A stretch of DNA of 64,000 bases from Camelus ferus (Eukaryota). Positions within the stretch are counted from its first letter, which is position 1, and every line of letters begins with the position of its first letter. Shown in pieces: positions 1-10,536 of this stretch. Where the stretch lies: the NCBI RefSeq assembly GCF_009834535.1, contig NC_045705.1, positions 31,806,001-31,870,000 of the forward strand, written 5' to 3'. Under the pieces are notes generated by a model. It was not told the DNA's origin. It saw only the letters and a program-made list of their open reading frames with translations, and ran no database searches. The position numbers were made by a program, and so were the translations under genes.

Positions 1-1
1 G

Positions 2-1394
2 GGGTCCCCTATCAAACACCAAACAGAAATTCTAAAACTCCTAGAAGCAGTCCCACTTCCTAAAGAGGTTGCAGTCACACACTGCAGGGGACGCCAAAAG
101 GGCGATTCATATCTTATAAAGGGAAACGCCCGCGCAGACAAGGCGCCGAAGCTGCAGCCAGAGAACAGCCGGTCTCACAAGCTGCAGTTCTCCCACCTGA
201 GGGCCAGCCTCTCCCAACGGCGCCGTCCTACACACCTGAAGAAGTCGAACGGGCTAAACACAGGGGGCTAGAGAAGAATCTCTCAGGGTGGCTGACAAAA
301 GATAATAAGCTTCTCATTCCTGGGGACAAACAATGGAAAATAATTAAGCATCTCCACAAATCCACCCACCTAGGGCGGGACTCCATGCTCAGACTAATTT
401 CTCAAGTGCTCCTGGGCAAGGGACTATCCCAAACTGTTAATGAAGTCACTAGGGCCTGTGACCTCTGTGCCCACAATGACCCGGGGAGTCACGCTATACC
501 CCCACCCCTACTCTGGCCCACACAACATCGGAGAACTTATCCAGGGGAAGATTGGCAAACGGACTTTACCCAGATGCCCTCTTGTAAGGGATGGAAATAC
601 CTGTTGGGATTCATAGACACCTTTACAGGATGGGTAGAAGCTTTCCCCACCAGAACGGAAAAAGCAATAGGAGTGTCAAAATTTCTGCTCAAAGAAATAA
701 TCCCAAGATTTGGGCTACCAAAAAGCTTACTGAGTGATAATGGACCCTCCTTCACTGCCAAGGTGACTCAACAGGCTTCCTCCACTCTGGGTATTAGCTA
801 TCACCTCCACTCTTCCTGGAGGCCCCAATCCTCAGGCAAGGTGGAAAAAGCAAATCATGCTCTAAAGAGAACACTTGCTAAGCTATGTCAGGAGACGTCA
901 GAAACCTGGATTCCCCTCCTGCCTATAGCCCTTCTAAGAATAAGGACGACCTCTGAGGGAATTTTAAATCTTAGCGCATTTGAAATGATGTATGAAAGGC
1001 TCATTTTAACTTCAGATTTCCTGTCTGATGAGGAAACTCATAGATTAGTTTCCCACATTGTTAGCTTAAGTCAAGTTCAAAAGGCTCTCCAAGGGTATGG
1101 AAACAAAGTGTTGCCCTTTCCCACAGAGGAAAAGGCTGAAGTCCCTGTCCAATCAGGAGATTTTGTCTTACTAAAAACTTGGAAGGAGGGGTCCCCTGAA
1201 GACCAGCTGCAGCCAAAATGGAAGGGACCATATCAGGTACTACTGAGCACCCCAACTGACGTTAAGCTACAAGGAATTGCTAGTTGGGTACATCTGTCCA
1301 GAATAAAACCTGTAATTTATAAGCCCCAACAGGAGCCAGGAGAGACCTACACTTGCAACTCAATACAAACCTCAGGTACCTGTTTAAAAAATAA
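2..1394 (+). pseudogene. pol: ERV pol: RNase H C-terminus plus integrase, with two apparent 1-nt frameshifts (~144 and ~1357)
   Basis: Frame 2 from base 2 reads ...EVAVTHCRGRQKG...GNARADKA (RNase H end), then shifts to frame 1. Frame 1 has HKSTH...CDLC (HHCC zinc finger), WQTDFTQM, LLSDNGPSF and SSGKVEKANH (D,D35E triad), KWKGPYQV (GPY/F) and WVHLSRIK. A second shift restores ...NLRYLFKK* with TAA at 1392-1394. Confidence 0.9.
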
Positions 1395-1746
1395 TAATAA
1401 TATCATGTAGCAGTGATTACAAATATTTAACCATGCCTTTTAAGTCTTTTTGTTGTTACAGATGGTCAAACTGCTGTTACAAAGGTGCTTCATCTTTAAG
1501 AAAATTCATCAGAAGTCAATGGAAACAGTGGGTTACAGCAGCCGCACATCAGACGATGGCTATGCTCTCAGCCCTTGGTTGCAAATACAAAAGGCTATCC
1601 TGCCCTTGGGGCTCCTAGATTAGGCATTCAGAGATTTTTAACTCCCTGATAGGCAGGGTCAACACCCCTACTCAGCCTGGAAGCAGTTTCAGAAGATGGA
1701 CTTTAGCCCCTTTGCACACCCATAAGTTTATGGGAGTAAAATCTCT

Positions 1747-1756
1747 GAGAGGGGAA
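1747..1756 (+). other. Polypurine tract of the ERV
   Basis: GAGAGGGGAA lies immediately before the TG that opens the LTR. Confidence 0.85.
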
Positions 1757-2379
1757 TGAGACAGGATGGAAGGGGGCAGGGCACAGCCATTCAAGGAATG
1801 CCACAGCAATTAACATCACAACGGTGAAAGATTCAACCCCCAGTAGGCCCTGAGGCTCTGGATGAAGAGACTTAACTTCTAGCAGATCTTGAGCTTCATT
1901 ATATGTACATTGTAATTTATTAACATGGTGAGTAACATGCCCACAGGCACCATGGCAGTCCCAAGGCTAGCCACAAAAGGTCACAGAGTGGGAAATGGCC
2001 AAATTCCTGGGAATCCCAGCCCCTTGCCCTTAGACTAGTCCTTCTACTTACTAGCATATGAAGCCACCAAGCCAATGAAAACCAGCGACACAGTGCCTCA
2101 TGGCCGCCTCTCTCTCTCCCTCTTTGGAGACGCCCACACTCTGTCTATGGAGTGTGTACCTACTCTTAACCTGAGCACCCAACCCCCACACCTCGTGGCC
2201 TTTCTCTTGCCTTTCAATATCTCTCTTTGAATAAATCTACCTTCACTCAACTGCGGCTCACACTTGAATTCTTTCCTGCATGAAGCCAAGGACCCACACT
2301 TGGTGGGGCATGTCCCAGGGGCTCAACCGAGATCTGGGACACAGCCTTTCTCATGCCCCACATCTGTTTTCCTGCATCA
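1757..2379 (+). repeat. 3' LTR (623 bp) of the ERV
   Basis: Starts TGAGACAGG and ends CTGCATCA, with AATAAA at 2230-2235. It is homologous over its full length to the inverted solo LTR at 46020-46652. Confidence 0.92.
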
Positions 2380-2498
2380 AGAGGATCAGAGTTTCTAACA
2401 ATTTTGAAGCAAGATTTAAAACAGATGCTCTAAATGTCCAAGGATTTATACAGAAATGAAACTTTGTGGATGACAAACAAATTCAAGTTTCAAATAAA

Positions 2499-2963
2499 TG
2501 TGAAGGAAAAGCTGGGCTGGTCTAATAAGAGAACTCACAGGTCTAGGAATGTGAAGGAGAGGCTGGGCTGGGCTAACAAGATAACTCACAAGTCTAAGTA
2601 TCGGAATACTGATCTGAGTTCTGCTGGACTAACTTGTAAATCTAAGTTAAGTAGTGTTGGTTTTCTGTTTATGTTTTTTTGCTAGCCAGCTGGGTTTTCA
2701 AAGATACATATCTGGCTTTGGAATGTTGGTTTGCTGCCTCCCCACCTCCACTTTTGTGATAACGATGCTGCTAAAGCTGTCCCATGCCTATTGGCCGAAT
2801 ACCCCAAGCTTGTACTTTACCCTATAAGACCTCATGTGCACGTCTTGTAGGTGCTCAGAGCTTCGGAGCAGAAGCCCTTCTGAGCCCGCCGGCGTAATAC
2901 ATCTGAGTACTCCAACCCTCCGAGTGGTGCTTGTTTCTTGACTGGCCTGTCATTTCCATAACA
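2499..2963 (+). mobile_element. Solo ERV1-type LTR (465 bp) of a different family
   Basis: TG...CA termini, 4-bp TSD TAAA (2495-2498 and 2964-2967), TATA-like TATAA at 2823 and polyA-signal variant AATACA at 2896. Confidence 0.85.
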
Positions 2964-4202
2964 TAAATAGTTACCAAAAAAGTAGCCAGATAAGGTGTTT
3001 ACAAGATTGTGGAACTGTGCATGTCATTTAGCTTTATTGGAATTTAATTTTTAAACAGTTTCCAATCTACATCTTAGAAGAAACATGATTAATACATATC
3101 TTCATTTAGGTAATAGACCTGGGCTAAAAGAGGGCACAGTGCCATATTCAAATGGCAATAAATTTCAATGTGGACAGACTTGCATCATTTCAACTGCATC
3201 CCTCTGAGGCTGTGACCCCACAGACTGAGGCACTAATCACCATACCAGTGAATCTCCATCCATTCATGCAGTGACCTACTTTTCCCAGAAGCAGAACTTC
3301 ACTGGAGACACACAAGATGGTGCTCCACCAGTATAAAATCAGACCACAGTAATAACAGTTCAATTATATGTTCAGCAACTAAGCTCTCTTCTTCAATAGA
3401 AGAATGGCCACACAATTTTCTGCTTGATAATATAGATGAAGAAAGTCAATAGGACTTGTTCTTGGCTACCTAGCTAGTACCAGAACTGAGTTTTTCTATC
3501 ACCTCATCTGGTGTTCTCTACATCTTTTAAGACTATTATTAACATTTTATCACACTCAACTGCAGGACTGTTGCCATTAAAAAGAATTTGTAAATGTTCT
3601 TCAGCCAGAAAAAAAAAAAAGTAAATTCTTCCTCACTGCATAACAATTAGTACATCTCAAATGGCATGCTTTTAATTTGGAAATGTTTGGGGTTATAGCC
3701 TTCATTCTTCTTCCACATTCAATAGTTGAAAATATCAATTTACAGCATGCTTCCCAGATTAAAACTGGTTCATTATCATCATTGACCACACACTCTGAGA
3801 AGTCTCATGAGAAGCAAGAGTCTCTCAATTTCACTGAATATGATTCTCACAGGTGATGGGCCAATCTCTGTGCTTGGATAGTCTTTACTAACATTCTAAA
3901 GTTACCCCATGCTTTTATCTAGTCATTTAGACATGAATTGGGACAGTATTCCTAACTCTTTTCTTCCCTATTGTCTGAGAAAGTTGCTTTTTCAGACATT
4001 CTGCTCCCTGTATCATCTCCCCCTCCAAAATAGTAATGCCTCAAATATACTACCTATATATGTGATTTATGCATATCTATGCATTATATATGAAAACAGT
4101 AAGGAATATTCAGCTCTCAAGGAACTGTTTTTCTGGCACAAATTACTACAGGTATGATCCTCCATACATATAAATCATCACTTACTTGGCATCATGAACA
4201 GC

Positions 4203-5129
4203 CTAAGTTTCTCTCCTCTTCAACAGACTCCTCATGGCATTCTTCACCTCTGTGTTTCTCACTGTGTAAATTATAGGATTTAACATGGGAGTGAGGATTC
4301 CAAAGAACACAGCCAAAAACTTGTCCACAGGATAAGTGGCCACAGGATGTGTGTAGGTGAATATACAAGGGACAAAAAAGAGTATCATAACTATAAAGTG
4401 GGAGCCGCAGGTAGAGAGGGCCTTGTGAGGGCCCGCAGAGCCATGGGATTTCAGGGAGCGCAGGATGCCTATGTAGGAGATGAGTAGCATGGAAAAAATG
4501 AGTAAGCACATGCCCCCACTGTTGGCTGCCACCACCACTCCAGGCCTGTAGGTGTCGCTGCAGGCAAGTTTCAACAGTGAGAAGAAGTCACACATGAAGT
4601 GGTCAATGACATTGGGACCACAGAAGGTCAAGTCAAATGTAAAAACCATCTGCACAGTGGCATGTAGGATCCCCCCAAGCCAGGCCACCACCACCAGGAG
4701 CTGGCAGAGCCCCTGTCGCATGATGGTCGTGTAGTGCAGAGGCTTGCAGATGGCCACATAGTGGTCATAAGCCATGACAGTGAGGACTATGACCTCTGAT
4801 GCTCCCAGGAAATGTTCCAAAAAGAGCTGCGTCATGCAGCCACCCCAGGAGATGGTTTTCTTCTGGTGCAGCAGGTCAATGAGCATTTTAGGAGTTGTGA
4901 CAGAGGTGAAGGAGGCATCTATGCAGGACAAGTAAGTGAGGAAGAAGTACATGGGAGCTGAAAGTGCAGGGCTGAGGGAGATGGTGATGACCATGAGCAG
5001 GTTGGCCAACACGGTAAATAGGAAAATGAGCAAAAAGACAATGAAGAGTATTTTCTGCAAGTGTGGATTCTGTGTGAGTCCCAAGAGAACAAATTCAGTC
5101 ACATTATTGGGAGATTTGAGGAGGTCCAT
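4203..5129 (-). CDS. Olfactory receptor, family 4 subfamily C (OR4C1/Olfr140-like), 308 aa, ORF intact but DRY reads DHY
   Basis: OR motifs [43 protein letters not shown] and PMLNPIIYTVRN; splice acceptor at 5165-5164 just upstream. Confidence 0.92.
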   Translation of the reverse strand: MDLLKSPNNVTEFVLLGLTQNPHLQKILFIVFLLIFLFTVLANLLMVITISLSPALSAPMYFFLTYLSCIDASFTSVTTPKMLIDLLHQKKTISWGGCMTQLFLEHFLGASEVIVLTVMAYDHYVAICKPLHYTTIMRQGLCQLLVVVAWLGGILHATVQMVFTFDLTFCGPNVIDHFMCDFFSLLKLACSDTYRPGVVVAANSGGMCLLIFSMLLISYIGILRSLKSHGSAGPHKALSTCGSHFIVMILFFVPCIFTYTHPVATYPVDKFLAVFFGILTPMLNPIIYTVRNTEVKNAMRSLLKRRET

Positions 5130-5255
5130 TCAGCAAGTAACACCTTCCTGGGGCCTGAATTACCTACAAAAGTTATGAAATGTTACCCATTAATCATGAA
5201 ACTATCATGGTCTGAATTTCTCTAAACAAACAAACAAAAAAAGCAGCCACTGTAC

Positions 5256-5350
5256 CTGTGGAGCGTGTCCTTGACACCCCTACCTCAGTGCTTGTTTCAA
5301 TTCTTCTTTACTCCCTCCATGATATTTCCTTCTTTTCGGACACTTAGTAC
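5256..5350 (-). other. Predicted non-coding 5'UTR exon of the 4203-5129 OR
   Basis: Donor CAG|GTACAG at 5256/5255 is conserved in the paralog (55974/55975); acceptor TTTTACAG at 5352-5351. Confidence 0.55.
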
Positions 5351-6239
5351 CTGTAAAACATCTATAGGGTAACATTTAAAGGTTAATTTACTGAGAGAAC
5401 ACTGGACCACCTATGTGAGATCTGAATTCTCCTTCTGATCTAAGTCCATTTGACTCTTCTAAGTCATCTCTCTGTCCCATGGTTCTGAGCCCTACTCTGT
5501 GTTAAAAAAAACATAAATATAATACAATGTATTGTGAAAAAAAGTCTTTTCCTTTCAAAGATAAGTGAATAAAAAGCATTGTTTTTTAATCATCCCATAT
5601 GAAAAATTTCACGTATGTGAAAACAAAGTGTGGCAGCTTCATTGCATTCCTCTGTTCTAAGATTGACTCCCAACAGACCAGAAAAGAGAAGGTTGTACAT
5701 AAAGTAAGAATTATATTTAAAAAGTGGTTTAGAAATAACTATGAAGATATAAAAATTACTTTTTCTTTTTTCATTAGCTCCACAGTACTCATTCTAGGGT
5801 TAAATTCTAAAAAATATATTTTTAAAAGCTGAAAGTCTTTATTTACAAATATATTCAACACAATTATTAAGAGCTGTGGAAAATTTAGAAACTACATGGG
5901 ATATTCACCATTGGGGAAATTGATCATTAAAACATAGTGCATCACTTTGATTCACGCGTGGTTTTTAACAGAGTGTTTTTAAAAATGGTGCAGTATCATT
6001 ACAAAAGCCTGATTATTATTAAGTGGGGAAAATTTTGTATGAAAATTTGAGTTATGTAGTTGATCTCATTTGATTCTAACTAATTATCTTATTCTTCTAC
6101 TTGAAATATATGTCAGTAAGAAAAAAGGCCCCAAATAATTTTACTTCTAAGTTGATGGTGGTGTAGTTGAGTCGGTCTTTCTTGATGTTTCCCCTGCTGA
6201 AGAGGGACTGGAATCTCAGACTGGGGAGGATGAGGGCTG

Positions 6240-6720
6240 ACTCTTCAATTTGTAAGGGCCTTTTAACCCTGACAGTCTATGATGATGTGATTTCCTGGGG
6301 GAGGTGGGGAATCTTACCTATGACCTTGTCTGACACAGCTCCATGGCCAGGGCAAAAGGCAGATGTTAGTTCTCCAAGAAAGCACTGAAGTTGTAAGATT
6401 AAAGTTGCCAACTAGCTCAGCTATAATAATTGTCTTTGCTGACTTATAAATAGTACTTTTGGATAAGGTCTTTCTCTTTCATTTTAGACGTGCTACCATG
6501 TTTCCTGCTTGTAGGTCAATTTGAAGACGTTTGTTAGCTGTGGCTAATTGAACCTCAGGGGTATTTCGCCACCATTAGGAGATCTTCCAACAACCCAATT
6601 ATTTCATGTAACTGAACTGAACTTCAGAGGGGAAATCATAGCATTCATTTTTATTTTGAACTCCTCTTAAATCTACATGAAGACAAAATATAATGACAAG
6701 AGAAAAATAATAGATTGACC
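6240..6720 (-). promoter_or_regulatory. Predicted promoter and first non-coding exon of the 4203-5129 OR
   Basis: Inverted homology to 53375-53840. Contains an O/E site CCTCAGGGG (6553-6561), homeodomain cores (6544-6550, 6572-6578) and donor TAG|GTAAG at 6318/6317. Confidence 0.7.
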
Positions 6721-7139
6721 ATTTATGAATTTAGGTATTTGAGACAAATGAGCTTAATAGTATGTTTATAGTATGTATTATGTATTATATTATGTTATTA
6801 TGTGTATAATATTTGCTATTATATAAATTACTCATTTAGGTGGGTAACAATCTGATTTAAAGTTTTTTATTGTATGATTTCATTATCAACCTACATTTTA
6901 TGCACATCATAATTTTTAATTATTGTTTTCAGATGTACATTAAATGATAATTATGAACCCTATTGTAATATTAACACTTCCCATCATGTAAAGTTTATGG
7001 TACTTTTTCAAAGTGGTTGTATCTTGTTTCAATTCTGGAATCAGATTAACAAGATAATGATGAAAATAATTTCACTCTTTAATTATATTCAGAGGTGGTA
7101 GAATACATTTATTTCTGTCATGGTTTCATTTTATAATTA

Positions 7140-7665
7140 ATGTTGCAGTGAAAATGAGAGTATAGATATCTCTTCAAACCCCTGGTTTCATATCCTGGAT
7201 AAGAAATACACACAGGATATGCACATACACATAGGATTGCTGAATCATACACTAGTTTTTTAGTTAATATTTTGAAAAATCTCCATAATGTTCTTCATGG
7301 TGTCTGAACAAATTTATATTCCCTCCAAAGTACAGTAGGGTTCCATTCTCTGTACATCCTCACCAAAATGTCTGCTCCATATCTAACAGAGCCATCCTAA
7401 CAGGTGTGAGGTAACACATCACTGTGGCTCTGAATTGCATTTCCCTGTTGATTAGTGATGTTGAGCAGCTTTTCATATTCTTATTGGCCATTTGTATGTC
7501 TTGTTTTGAAAAATATCTATTCAGGTGCTTTGCCCAATTTTAAATCATTCTGTTGTTGTTGCAATTTTGTTGTAGAAGTTCCTTACATATTTTAGACATT
7601 AACTCATTGTGAGACATGATTTTCTCTCCTTCTGTAAGTTACCTTTTCATTCCTTCATTATTTCC
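7140..7665 (-). mobile_element. L1 (LINE-1) ORF2/3' fragment, older subfamily
   Basis: Antisense L1 hallmarks CCATCCTAACAGGTGTGAGGT, TTGCATTTCCCTG..ATTAGTGATGTTGAGCA and TTGGCCATTTGTATGTC. Confidence 0.85.
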
Positions 7666-9927
7666 TTGAACATGAAGATTAATCTGAATTTAAAACTTGA
7701 TATCCTGGACTTAACTGGTCTGATTGATTTTACCTCCTCTCTTTGGGAGCCCTAAGCTGCCATTTTACAAGTCTGACTACCTCACTGGACAGACATTGTC
7801 TACATTACCCTACATCTACATGTATAAGAAAGAGACTCAAAACAGTCTAGTCTTGTAGTCATCCCTGCCAAGGCACCATTCATACAACTGAAATAATCTT
7901 GGACCCTCCTTAAGTGTCAGGCAGAAGATGAATACCAGAGTGCGACCTAAGTGCATGTCACAAGGAGCAAAAGAATTGTTCAACCAAATCCTAACCAAAT
8001 TCATCTGCAGTCAGATACAGACCAGCAAATGGCAAGATAGCCCTGCGTGTGGACAGATGAAGTCCTGTGTGTGATCACATCAAATACATAGGCATGTACA
8101 TATACAAATGCGTTCATGTTGCTAATCAAATATTGATCCATGTGCCATCATATACCGACCTAGTGTGTTCACATAGAGGCACATACGTGCAGTTGGATGT
8201 AGACCTACAGTTCATTGAATGTACACATACACATGGTCATAGAGATTCACATGAGGTTGGGTCAGATCTGAGTGTGTGGTGGGATACGTATTTGTGTATT
8301 TTTGGATACAGGCCTATTAATGTTTGAATATAGACATTTTGAAAGAGGTAATCATACAGGCTTACTGACACTAGCTGATCATCAACAAGGGGAAGAAAAT
8401 GCCAGATTGTTGAAAAACAGGACTTTTTCTCTTATCCCACAGCTGACTCCTTGGTCTCAAGGACACAGCCATACAAGAAGACATTTATGTTCCACAACGG
8501 CAGCGTCAATCCCAAGGACACACCCCGGTATCTCTTTCTTTGTTCTCTTTTTCCACTGAAGTTTCTGCTTCAGGGCTGAGCTCCATGGGAGGAAAGAGTC
8601 TATAATAGAAGTGGATTGGCACCACCAAAATGAAGGTAATGATGGCAAAGCCTTTCAAAAAAAGGCCCTGTGACCCTTTTAGGGGCTGAAGTTGTCTCAA
8701 CAGTCTATCTGGATGACTGCTTCAGACTTGATTGTTGCTTTTTTTTTCCCTCCCTTTTCTCTCTGAGCAATGAAGCAGCTTTTCACTATGTCCCTCTGCC
8801 TCTGCTGAGAATTCTTTCTTAACCTGTGGGCAATGACCCACACATCTGGTGGGCTTTCCAACTTGAGGGCCTTTCTATCCACTAACAATAATGTCCTTGG
8901 CTTTGAAAATTGTCCTGTAGTTCAGGACAGGAAAAAACATTAAGTCCCTTCTGATCAGCTCATTGACAATGTGAATCAAATATAAATAAGAGACTCCTCT
9001 TTTTATATAAAGAATCATAAGGTAAGATTTATTTACACTCTACAGTGAAGATTACAAATTTTTATTGAGACATCAATAAATCTTTAGCAATATACATCTT
9101 ATTTGGAATGGGAAAATAAAATATTACAGCATGTCATTTTCCCCAAAATTAATATATAGAGTCCTGACATTCTAAATATATTTTTATGAGAAGATTTCAA
9201 ACATTGCAATATTACCCTGAAGTTTAGGTGAGGAGGGGAAAAAAGAAGAGAAAAAGGAGAAAGTGCCCCAAATTTGAATCTTCTTGATGGTGTAAAATCT
9301 GATGTACTAAATAGAAAATTTTCAAATTATTACCAAAATCAATAATTATGTCGGCAGATTATTTTCCCTGTTTGGGCTTAGATGTTTCCCCATCATAAAC
9401 AAAAATACATTTCAGGTGGGTAAAAAAAAAAAAAAATTTGAAAAGTTGACATTTAAAAAAAGATTAAAATTAATTAAACATTTGGAAGTATATGGATTTT
9501 CCAAGTGATAGAAAAAATCAAAAGTAAAAGAATATTAAATAACATATGTATATGTTAACACTCATAGTTATAACATAAAAATATTTTTAGGAAATTTCAA
9601 GGAAGAGTGAATATTTGTAGCATACATATACATATATAAACATATTTATATATACACACATATACATATATTTACAATTTAACATAGAAATATTTCATCA
9701 AAATTTATCAGAAAAAAATCACACTCCAATAGGTCAAGAATTGAAGTTACGGACAAAGTATAGAGTAAATTCCATGTCCCATATATTGTGCAAGAAACAG
9801 AGAACACAAAGGTAAGTAACTTTCCTTGACTTCTGGGAGATTTAGACCAATGAACAGAGAAAATTAACAAAGACTTTTATCTCATCACTTGAAATGACTA
9901 CACAAATTTGAAAATTAACTAAATTTC

Positions 9928-10287
9928 TGTCTTGCTCCATTTGAGCTGCTAATACAGAATATCATACACTGGGGGGATCTTAAGCAATAAACACTTATTT
10001 TTCACAGGTTTGTAGGCACAGAAGTCGAAGTTTAAGGTGCCGGCAGATTCCATAACTGGAAGGTCCCCTCCCTAGTTCATAGGCAGCCATTTATTTGCTG
10101 AGTCATTACATGGCAGAAGGGTCATGTGAGCTCTTGGGGTCTCTTTATAAAGGCATTAATCCCATTCATGAGGACCCCACCTCCAGGATCTAATCATTTC
10201 TCAAAGGGCCCTCCTCCAAATACCACCACATTATAAAGGATTTAATTTATGATTTTGAAGAGGGACACAAATCCTCAGTCTATAGCA
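9928..10287 (-). mobile_element. MaLR LTR (MLT1A-like)
   Basis: About 360 bp with typical MLT1 antisense motifs (AAGGTGCCGGCAGATTC, TTATAAAGGCATTAATCCCATTCATGAGG, GGGACACAAA..CAGTCTATAGCA). Confidence 0.8.
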
Positions 10288-10536
10288 GCATCCAAAAGTG
10301 GAGGAATACATTATATAAGACCTGATAAACTCAAATGCTTGGTAGTATTTGATGAATTGTATTTGTGAAGACTTTGAGATAATATAAGAACTTTCTCTGT
10401 AGTAGGGATAAATATCAGAATATGAGGTTTTTCATACAGTGTCATTTACTGGTGAAACACACCCATTGCTCTAAAGACTTAGCGCCTCATGAATCCCTCC
10501 AGATTAAATAATGGAGGCAGAATAATAGAGTTTTTT

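Larger units (their letters stand above)
1..2379 (+). mobile_element. 3' part of a class I (gammaretrovirus-like, ERV1) provirus: end of pol, env remnant, PPT and 3' LTR; the 5' part is outside the window
   Basis: Pol motifs up to 1394, a degenerate env-tail remnant at ~1420-1640, polypurine tract 1747-1756, then a TG...CA LTR at 1757-2379. Confidence 0.93.

Noticed and set aside
1462-1623. 53-aa ORF directly after an acceptor-like TTTTTGTTGTTACAG
   Set aside because: Better explained as decayed env cytoplasmic-tail sequence left by the env deletion; no recognisable accessory-protein similarity.
2499-2600. Direct repeats as a CRISPR-like array
   Set aside because: Only two adjacent units, no spacers, and located inside a eukaryotic LTR.
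3160-3900. Coding-looking stretch downstream of the first OR (possible processed pseudogene; QDGAPP-like peptide)
   Set aside because: There are stops in all frames I translated and no recognisable family. It cannot be supported without a database search.
7950-8330. CA/TA-rich quasi-repetitive region with short ORFs
   Set aside because: Low-complexity sequence with no defined repeat unit or spacer structure.
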